Shown: positions 57,238-64,000 of the stretch, one piece after another
Layout of the letters: every line of letters starts with the position of its first letter
How positions within the stretch are numbered: position 1 is the first letter of the stretch
Source of the DNA: Actinomycetes bacterium
Lineage (GTDB): Bacteria > Actinomycetota > Actinomycetes > Nanopelagicales > Nanopelagicaceae
DNA: 64,000 nt
NCBI GenBank assembly: GCA_025355665.1
Contig: JANXZF010000070.1
Span: 1,069-65,068 of the forward strand
Reading direction: 5' to 3'
The notes under the pieces: generated by a model
Database searches by the model: none
Told to the model about the DNA's origin: nothing
Seen by the model: only the letters and a program-made list of their open reading frames with translations
Program-made: the position numbers and the translations under genes

Positions 57238-60200
57238 GTGACCTCATTTGTTCATCTCCACGTGCACACCGAGTATTCAATGCTCGATGGCGCCGCAAGG
57301 GTCGTAGACCTAGTCGGCGAAGTCGCAAATCAGAAAATGCCGGCAATCGCCATGACGGATCATGGGAATGTTTTTGGCGCATTTGATTTTTATAAGCAGG
57401 CAAAGAAGGTCGGCGTTAAGCCGATTATCGGCATTGAAGCCTACGTCGCACCGGAATCTCGATTTGATAAGCGCCGGGTTAAATGGGCCGAAGGCGGAGA
57501 AGACGATGTGTCAGGTGGTGGCGCGTATACCCACATGACGATTCTCGCCGAGAATAATGTTGGCCTAGGCAATTTATTCCGCCTCTCCTCTCTGGCATCC
57601 CTCGAAGGGTATTACTACAAGCCTCGAATGGACCGCGAACTTCTCGCCAAGTACAGCGAAGGATTGATCGCGACTACAGGCTGTGCCGGCGGAGAAATCC
57701 AAACACGTCTGCGCATGGGTGCATATAAAGAAGCGGCGCGAGCGGCCGCAGAGTTGCGCGATATTTTCGGTTCTGAAAATTTCTATCTTGAGGTGATGGA
57801 TCACAACATAAACGTTGAGACTCGCGTAATGGAAGATCTCTTAAAATTGGGCAAGGACTTGGGTCTGCCACTGCTTGCAACCAATGATCTGCATTACACG
57901 CGGAAGGAGGACGCGGCAGCCCACGAAGTATTGCTCTGCGTTCAATCTGGTTCGACAATAGCTGACCCAAAACGATTCAAATTTGAAAACGATGAGTTTT
58001 ACCTGAAGACAGCGGAACAGATGCGTGAACTTTTCAAGGATATTCCAGAGAGTTGCGACAACACCTTGTTGGTCGCCGAACGATGCAACGTGACTTTGCG
58101 AGAAGGGGAGAACCTGCTCCCGAAGTTTGAAGTCCCTGAGGGCGAGACCGAAGATTCTTGGCTTCGCAAAGAGACTATCGATGGACTGACTCAGAAGATG
58201 GGAGGCTCAATACCGAGTGCCCATATGGATCGCCTCCAATACGAGCTCGGTGTCATGATCAAGATGGGATTTCCTGGCTACTTCCTTGTCGTCGCTGACT
58301 TGGTAAGCCATGCAAATCAGGAGGGGATTCGAGTCGGCCCAGGACGTGGCTCTGCTGCGGGCTCTCTTGTTTCATATGCACTGGGCATCACAGCACTGGA
58401 TCCGATCGAACACGGACTTTTGTTTGAGCGCTTTCTGAACCCTGAAAGAATTTCGATGCCTGATATCGATCTGGACTTCGACGAACGCCGGCGTGGCGAG
58501 ATGATTCGCTATGCGACCCAAAAGTACGGCGAGGACCGGGTCGCGCAGATCATCACGTACGGCACCATCAAATCCAAACAAGCGATAAAGGATTCCAGTC
58601 GGGTTCTTGGATATCCGTATGCGATTGGCGACAGGCTCACCAAGGCGCTTCCTCCTTCAATCATGGGCAAAGACATTTCCCTTGCCGGCGTTTTCGATTC
58701 TAGGAACGATCGCTATGTCGAAGCTGGCGAATTTCGAGCCCTTTATGAGTCTGATCCAGATTCGAAACGCGTAGTTGACACCGCCCTAGGTCTTGAGGGT
58801 CTCAAGCGCCAGTGGGGAGTTCATGCGGCGGGAGTCATCCTTTCGCGCGAACCGTTGTTGGATGTGATTCCAATTCATCGCCGCGAAGCCGATGGAGCAA
58901 TTATCACGCAGTTCGATATGGTCGCCTGCGAAGCAACTGGATTGCTCAAGATGGATTTCCTTGGACTTCGCAACTTGTCCGTATTGGATGACTGTTTGCT
59001 CAACATCCGCGCAAACAAAAACGAGACTGTTGTTCTCGAGTCATTGTCTTTGGATGATCCACACACATTCGAATTACTTGCCCGCGGTGACACACTTGGC
59101 GTCTTCCAGCTCGATGGTGGACCAATGAGAGCACTGCTTCGCTCCATGGCACCAGACTCTTTTGCCGACATCTGCGCAGTCATCGCCTTGTACCGTCCAG
59201 GCCCGATGGGTGAAAACGCTCATAATAACTACGCAGATCGAAAGAATGGTCGAAAAGTCGTCGAGCCGATTCATCCTGAACTTTCTGTGCCGCTACAGGA
59301 AATTCTTGGCGATACGTACGGCCTCATCGTGTATCAAGAGCAGGTAATGGCCATCGCCCAGAAAGTGGCGGGCTTCTCTTTGGGTCGTGCGGATCTACTC
59401 CGAAAGGCGATGGGAAAGAAGGATCGCAAGATCCTAGATAAGGAGTACGTCTTCTTTCAGGAAGGAATGAAGGCGAATGGCTTCAGCGCCGCCGCCATCG
59501 AAAAACTTTGGCAGACGTTGATTCCGTTTTCTGACTATGCATTTAACCGTGCTCACAGTGCGGGTTACGGAATGGTTTCATACTGGACCGCTTATTTGAA
59601 AGCGAATTATCCAACCGAATACATGGCTGCGCTCCTCACCAGTGTTCGAGATGATAAAGACAAGTCGGCGCTCTATTTGAGCGAGTGCCGTCGTATGGGC
59701 ATTCAAGTCCTGCCTCCAGATGTCAACGGGTCGAATTCGGAATACACGCCGCGCGGCGTCGATATCAGGTTCGGCTTGGCAGCAATCCGTAATGTCGGCG
59801 AGGGGGTCGTGGCGTCCATTAAACGAGCTCGCGAGTCGAAAGGTCGATTTACATCCTTTGGAGATTTCTTGGCGAAGGTGGATGCGCAGGTTTGCAACAA
59901 GAAGACCATTGAATCTCTGATCAAGGCCGGTGCATTTGATTCATTTGGCGTATCGCGACGCGGATTGATGAGTGTGCATCTGGAAGCTATCGATTCGATT
60001 ATTGAGACTAAGCGGGCCGAGGCGATCGGGCAGTTCGATCTCTTTGGTGGCGAGCCGGTTGAGAACGTTTCAGGCATCGACCTGGACATTCCAGCAGGGG
60101 AATGGGAGAAATCCCAACTGTTGAGTTATGAACGGGAAATGCTCGGCCTCTACGTGTCCGATCATCCCCTTCTAGGAATTGAGCACATCTTGCGTTCGGC

Positions 60201-60729
60201 AACTGACCAGACGATCAGTCAACTTCTAGACGATGTTTCGACGCAGGAGCGGACCGTGACTATCGGTGGACTCGTAACCGGGATTCAAAGAAAAGTTACG
60301 AGACAAGGCGCTTCATGGGCCATTGTCACTATCGAAGACCTCGAAGGCTCTATTGAGGCACTCTTCTTCTCAAATACGTACACTCAGTATGCGCTGACGC
60401 TTACTGAAGACCGAGTGGTAGTTGTTCGCGGGCGGGTTGATCGTCGCGATGATCAAGTTCGATTCACGGCATTAGAAATGAATTTCCCTGAAGTGTCACC
60501 GGGCGCAGTCGGGCCTTTCGTGATCAAGATGCCGATCGTGCAATGCACTCCGCCAATTGTGGATCGGCTTAAAGAAATTCTGCGCACACATCCCGGTACG
60601 CGAGATGTTCACCTTCAATTAGATGATCACGGCAAAAGTACGGTTCTCAAGCTCGAGCCAAGAGTCACAGCATCTCCGAGCCTGAGCGCCGACCTCAAGG
60701 CGATACTCGGACCCAATTGCTTGGTCTGA
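57238..60729 (+). CDS. dnaE: DNA polymerase III alpha subunit (replicative DnaE1)
   Basis: GTG start, 1163 aa. Intact PHP motif FVHLHVHTEYSMLDGA. PDIDLDFDE, LKMDFLGLRNLS, FQLDGGPM, FNRAHSAGYG. OB-fold C-terminus. Confidence 0.95.
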   Translation: MTSFVHLHVHTEYSMLDGAARVVDLVGEVANQKMPAIAMTDHGNVFGAFDFYKQAKKVGVKPIIGIEAYVAPESRFDKRRVKWAEGGEDDVSGGGAYTHMTILAENNVGLGNLFRLSSLASLEGYYYKPRMDRELLAKYSEGLIATTGCAGGEIQTRLRMGAYKEAARAAAELRDIFGSENFYLEVMDHNINVETRVMEDLLKLGKDLGLPLLATNDLHYTRKEDAAAHEVLLCVQSGSTIADPKRFKFENDEFYLKTAEQMRELFKDIPESCDNTLLVAERCNVTLREGENLLPKFEVPEGETEDSWLRKETIDGLTQKMGGSIPSAHMDRLQYELGVMIKMGFPGYFLVVADLVSHANQEGIRVGPGRGSAAGSLVSYALGITALDPIEHGLLFERFLNPERISMPDIDLDFDERRRGEMIRYATQKYGEDRVAQIITYGTIKSKQAIKDSSRVLGYPYAIGDRLTKALPPSIMGKDISLAGVFDSRNDRYVEAGEFRALYESDPDSKRVVDTALGLEGLKRQWGVHAAGVILSREPLLDVIPIHRREADGAIITQFDMVACEATGLLKMDFLGLRNLSVLDDCLLNIRANKNETVVLESLSLDDPHTFELLARGDTLGVFQLDGGPMRALLRSMAPDSFADICAVIALYRPGPMGENAHNNYADRKNGRKVVEPIHPELSVPLQEILGDTYGLIVYQEQVMAIAQKVAGFSLGRADLLRKAMGKKDRKILDKEYVFFQEGMKANGFSAAAIEKLWQTLIPFSDYAFNRAHSAGYGMVSYWTAYLKANYPTEYMAALLTSVRDDKDKSALYLSECRRMGIQVLPPDVNGSNSEYTPRGVDIRFGLAAIRNVGEGVVASIKRARESKGRFTSFGDFLAKVDAQVCNKKTIESLIKAGAFDSFGVSRRGLMSVHLEAIDSIIETKRAEAIGQFDLFGGEPVENVSGIDLDIPAGEWEKSQLLSYEREMLGLYVSDHPLLGIEHILRSATDQTISQLLDDVSTQERTVTIGGLVTGIQRKVTRQGASWAIVTIEDLEGSIEALFFSNTYTQYALTLTEDRVVVVRGRVDRRDDQVRFTALEMNFPEVSPGAVGPFVIKMPIVQCTPPIVDRLKEILRTHPGTRDVHLQLDDHGKSTVLKLEPRVTASPSLSADLKAILGPNCLV

Positions 60730-60856
60730 TCGCGCACTTCTCTTAGAAAGGCACGGACGAAAATCTAGGTCCGAGCCCGAGAGCCGTGCCTCTAGACTTG
60801 GCCTTGATTCATGTAGCCGCATGAGACCACTAGAGAGCAGAGAGTGAGCGCAGGGG

Positions 60857-62164
60857 ATGATCCGTACCGTTGATTTCCGCGGTCGCGCGCTTTCAAAGGC
60901 CGATTACAGAAGTGAACTCCCGCGTGCCGCTCTGAACGTGGCCGAGGCAATGAGCCTGGTCGCGCCAATACTTGCGCGGGTTGCCGATGGGAATGAAGAA
61001 GTATTGCTGGATCTGGCTCAAGAATTTGATGGAATTCGACCTGCGTCCATCCGGGTCCCCAAGGTGCACATTGAAAAGGCCCTTGAAGATTTAGATCCAG
61101 AAATTCGAACAGCCCTCGAACTTTCAATTGCTAGGGTCCAGCAGGTTCACGAAAGTCAGCGTCGCGAAGAAACATTCACGGAAGTAGTCGATGGCGGCAC
61201 GGTGACCCAACGTTGGATCCCAGTTGATCGAGTGGGACTCTACGTGCCAGGCGGGCGAGCGGTATACCCAAGCAGTGTGATGATGAATGTAATTCCAGCC
61301 CAGATTGCCGAAGTGGGAAGCATCGCCATCGCATCACCGCCGCAAAAGGACTTTGGTGGCTGGCCGCACCCCACGATCCTCGCCACGTGCGCTCTCTTGG
61401 GAGTGGATGAGGTCTACGCAGTTGGCGGAGCCCAGGCAATCGCACTCTTCGCTTACGGCATGGAGGGTGTTTGCGAGCGAGTGGATATGGTCACAGGCCC
61501 TGGCAATATCTATGTTGCGGCAGCAAAGCGCGCACTTCGAGGAACCATCGGGATCGACTCGGAGGCAGGACCTACCGAAATTGCGATCCTTGCAGATAGA
61601 AGCGCCCACGCTTCGGATGTTGCCGCCGATTTGATGAGCCAAGCCGAGCACGACGTTATGGCGGCGGCGGTTCTTGTTACTGATTCAATGGATCTTGCAG
61701 AGGCCGTGGAAAATGAACTTCGTATTCGTGTGCCAAAGACGAAGCACTCAAAACGAATTAAAGAGTCTCTTTCGGGCGTTCAATCGGCCATTGTTCTTGT
61801 CGATTCGATCAAACAAGGAATCGACGTAGTGAACGCTTATGCCGCCGAGCATTTGGAAATCCAAACTGCGAATGCCCAAGATGATGCCTTGCTCATTCGC
61901 AATGCAGGTGCCGTATTTATTGGTCGTTTTTCTCCGGTGTCTTTAGGAGATTACTCCGCTGGCTCAAATCACGTCTTGCCTACCGGAGGATGTGCGTGCC
62001 ACTCAAGCGGTCTTTCAGTGCAGACTTTCTTGCGTGGACTGCATTTCATTGAGTACGGCGAATCTGCCTTTAACGACATCACTCCTACCGTCGTAACCCT
62101 TGCCAGTTCAGAAGACTTGCCAGCGCACGGTGAAGCGATGATCGCTCGGTCGGAGAAGTTGTGA
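60857..62164 (+). CDS. hisD: Histidinol dehydrogenase
   Basis: [61 protein letters not shown]. Confidence 0.9.
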   Translation: MIRTVDFRGRALSKADYRSELPRAALNVAEAMSLVAPILARVADGNEEVLLDLAQEFDGIRPASIRVPKVHIEKALEDLDPEIRTALELSIARVQQVHESQRREETFTEVVDGGTVTQRWIPVDRVGLYVPGGRAVYPSSVMMNVIPAQIAEVGSIAIASPPQKDFGGWPHPTILATCALLGVDEVYAVGGAQAIALFAYGMEGVCERVDMVTGPGNIYVAAAKRALRGTIGIDSEAGPTEIAILADRSAHASDVAADLMSQAEHDVMAAAVLVTDSMDLAEAVENELRIRVPKTKHSKRIKESLSGVQSAIVLVDSIKQGIDVVNAYAAEHLEIQTANAQDDALLIRNAGAVFIGRFSPVSLGDYSAGSNHVLPTGGCACHSSGLSVQTFLRGLHFIEYGESAFNDITPTVVTLASSEDLPAHGEAMIARSEKL

Positions 62165-63276
62165 GCCAACACAATTGGCCGCAATGGTTGCCGTTGAGAT
62201 CCGATCTACGAAATCTCTCACCGTACGGTGCTCCACAAATTCCGTCTCTTGCGCAACTCAACACAAATGAGAACCCGTATCCGCCATCGGCCAAATTAGT
62301 ATCCGCAATTTCCAAACGAGTCGATGAAGTGGCAGGGACTCTCAATCGATATCCCGATCGGGACGTCGTTGAGCTTCGCAGAGAACTCGCAACTTTTCTT
62401 AATAACCGTTCTGGCACCACCTTGTCCTATGAAAATATATGGGTGGCAAACGGCAGTAATGAGGTAATCCAATCCCTCTTTCTTGCCTTCGGGGGAGAAG
62501 GAGCGCTGGGATTCACCCCCTCATATTCGATGCACCCGCTCATTGCCCAAGTCACTCGGACGTCTTGGACCAATGGAGAACGCAATTCTGATTTCTCACT
62601 CGATGTCGCCTTAGCGACTGCGCAGGTCAGGCAAATCAAGCCCAAATTGATCTTCGTGACTACGCCCAACAACCCCACGGGAACATCCGTGTCCTTAAGT
62701 GATGTTGAAGATCTGGCCAAAGTCAGCGCTGAAGTTGGCGGACTCTTAGTGGTCGACGAGGCATACGCCGAATTTTCAATAGAGCCTTCCGCGATCACTT
62801 TGCTAGGCACCACAATGCCGAACTTGGTGGTCGTTCGCACGATGAGCAAGGCCTTTGCTTTTGCCGGGGCAAGAGTTGGATACCTTGCGGCGAATAAGGA
62901 AGTAATTAGTGCCCTTCAACTTGTCCGACTTCCTTATCACCTGGGCGCCGTCACTCAGGCAATCGCGTTGGTGGCCCTGGAGCATCAGGGGGAACTTCTG
63001 GCGAAGGTGGAGACCCTCGTGGCCGATCGCGATCGCCTAGCCCTTCAATTGCAGCAACTCGGGGCGACGGTAATCCCTAGTAGCGCGAATTTTCTGCTCT
63101 TCACCGTCCCGTCGTCACAGCAGATATGGCAGTCACTCCTAGATCAAGGCGTCTTGGTCAGAGATGTGGGATTATCTGGGTATCTCAGGGTAACGATCGG
63201 CAGCGCGGCCGAAAATCAAAGATTTGTTCAAGCCTTGGCCAATTCGTTGTGCAAACCATCGGGAGGAAAAATATGA
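62161..63276 (+). CDS. hisC: Histidinol-phosphate aminotransferase
   Basis: GTGA overlap with his[28 protein letters not shown] and PLP lysine in [16 protein letters not shown]. Confidence 0.9.
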   Translation: MSQHNWPQWLPLRSDLRNLSPYGAPQIPSLAQLNTNENPYPPSAKLVSAISKRVDEVAGTLNRYPDRDVVELRRELATFLNNRSGTTLSYENIWVANGSNEVIQSLFLAFGGEGALGFTPSYSMHPLIAQVTRTSWTNGERNSDFSLDVALATAQVRQIKPKLIFVTTPNNPTGTSVSLSDVEDLAKVSAEVGGLLVVDEAYAEFSIEPSAITLLGTTMPNLVVVRTMSKAFAFAGARVGYLAANKEVISALQLVRLPYHLGAVTQAIALVALEHQGELLAKVETLVADRDRLALQLQQLGATVIPSSANFLLFTVPSSQQIWQSLLDQGVLVRDVGLSGYLRVTIGSAAENQRFVQALANSLCKPSGGKI

Positions 63277-63857
63277 GAACTGCTCATGTGGAAAGAGAAA
63301 CAAAAGAGTCCCATGTCCTTGTGGAGCTCAACCTCGACGGCCACGGCACCATCGATATTTCCACGGGCGTGCCTTTCTTTGACCACATGCTCGGTCAACT
63401 CGGCAAGCACTCCGGATTTAATCTAAGAGTTAAGTCTCAGGGAGATGTCCACGTAGATTCACATCACACGGTCGAAGACACTTCCTTGGCATTTGGACAA
63501 GCATTGAAGGAGGCATTGGGCGAAAAGGCAGGCATTCGTCGCTTTGGTGATGCGATGGTTCCTTTGGACGAGGTTCTAGTTCAGGCCGCTGTTGATCTTT
63601 CCGGCAGGCCCTACCTCGTGCACCGCCAACCTGAAATTGTTGAATTGATCGGAACGTTCGATACCACGTTGGGCAAACATATTTGGGAATCCATCGTTGC
63701 AGAAGCACACATCGCCCTCCACATTCGCGTACTCGAGGGCCGAAATGCTCATCACGTTTTCGAAGCACAATTCAAGGCGGTTGCTCGAGCATTGCGTGAT
63801 GCCGTCGCTCTTGATTCCCGAGTGTCTGGAGTGCCATCCACTAAGGGCACTCTTTGA
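63273..63857 (+). CDS. hisB: Imidazoleglycerol-phosphate dehydratase
   Basis: ATG 63273 overlaps the hisC stop (ATGA). [45 protein letters not shown]. Confidence 0.9.
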   Translation: MRTAHVERETKESHVLVELNLDGHGTIDISTGVPFFDHMLGQLGKHSGFNLRVKSQGDVHVDSHHTVEDTSLAFGQALKEALGEKAGIRRFGDAMVPLDEVLVQAAVDLSGRPYLVHRQPEIVELIGTFDTTLGKHIWESIVAEAHIALHIRVLEGRNAHHVFEAQFKAVARALRDAVALDSRVSGVPSTKGTL

Positions 63858-64000
63858 TCGCAATTCTTGATTACGGGTCCGGGAATTTACGGTCAGCCCA
63901 ACGTGCCTTTGAAACGACAGGAGCAGAAGTTGTCGTAACTTCTGACAGAAAGACAGCGCTCGAAGCAGATGGGCTAGTAGTCCCTGGAGTTGGAGCTTTT
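63854..64000 (+). CDS. hisH: Imidazole glycerol phosphate synthase, glutamine amidotransferase subunit (5' part only; runs off the window)
   Basis: My translation from TTG 63854 (TTGA overlap with hisB) is (M)[48 protein letters not shown], which is the canonical HisH N-terminus. Confidence 0.8.
   Translation, partial: MIAILDYGSGNLRSAQRAFETTGAEVVVTSDRKTALEADGLVVPGVGAF

Noticed and set aside
60730-60856. dnaE-hisD spacer considered as a histidine T-box or His-codon attenuator
   Set aside because: It has no T-box core (no GGUGGUACCGCG-like 14-mer) and no leader peptide with a run of His codons. Only the hairpin is reported, as a low-interest finding.
1-64000. Whole-window scan for mobile elements, prophage, CRISPR, tRNA/rRNA and defence islands
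   Set aside because: I recognised no transposase, integrase, phage structural gene, Cas gene, restriction-modification gene or toxin-antitoxin gene. No spacer-separated direct-repeat array is present. None of the intergenic gaps is long enough or of the right form for a tRNA or rRNA.

Overview
This is a gene-dense chromosomal core segment from an actinobacterium, about 50% GC by eye. Most gene junctions are 0-60 nt or are overlapping stop/start codons.

Left part (1-16 kb):
- Divergent glgA/glgC, an HSL-type esterase, pfkA, class II DAHP synthase, ogt, threonine aldolase, an EamA transporter, nfo, a 4-PASTA Ser/Thr kinase, a P-loop kinase, idsA and metF.
- Then a DUF422-like membrane protein and a methyltransferase plus hydrolase pair.
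- This neighbourhood resembles the one that precedes the dcw cluster in Mycobacterium.

Middle (16-34 kb):
- A YbaK deacylase, a GH5-like secreted hydrolase, MarR plus a 14-TM MFS pump, a PRTase plus dienelactone-hydrolase pair, and ctaA.
- A decaprenyl-phospho-arabinose operon (UbiA-type PRTase, dprE1, dprE2, phosphodiester glycosidase).
- arsR/ACR3/arsC.
- An error-prone polymerase cassette (small WW protein, dnaE2, dinB) behind a perfect LexA SOS box.

Right half (34-64 kb):
- DUF3040, then a complete dcw cluster: mraZ, rsmH, ftsL, ftsI, murE, murF, mraY, murD, ftsW, murG, murC, ftsQ, ftsZ.
- Then pgeF, yggS, sepF and yggT, followed by convergent ileS with a T-box leader.
- Then a histone-tail DksA/TraR protein (DdbA-like), lspA, rluD, housekeeping dnaE, hisD, hisC, hisB and partial hisH.

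I saw no rRNA, tRNA, CRISPR array, transposase, integrase or phage gene, and no obvious defence island or clearly novel multi-gene system.

The points most worth follow-up are:
- the non-canonical SOS-controlled dnaE2 cassette, which has a catalytically intact DinB and no imuA'/imuB;
- the 10-bp phased GG/TGG repeat array upstream of mraZ;
- the absence of divIVA from its conserved slot after yggT;
- the compact arabinose-donor operon.

All functional calls come from motif recognition in the supplied translations or in my own translations. No database search was run.
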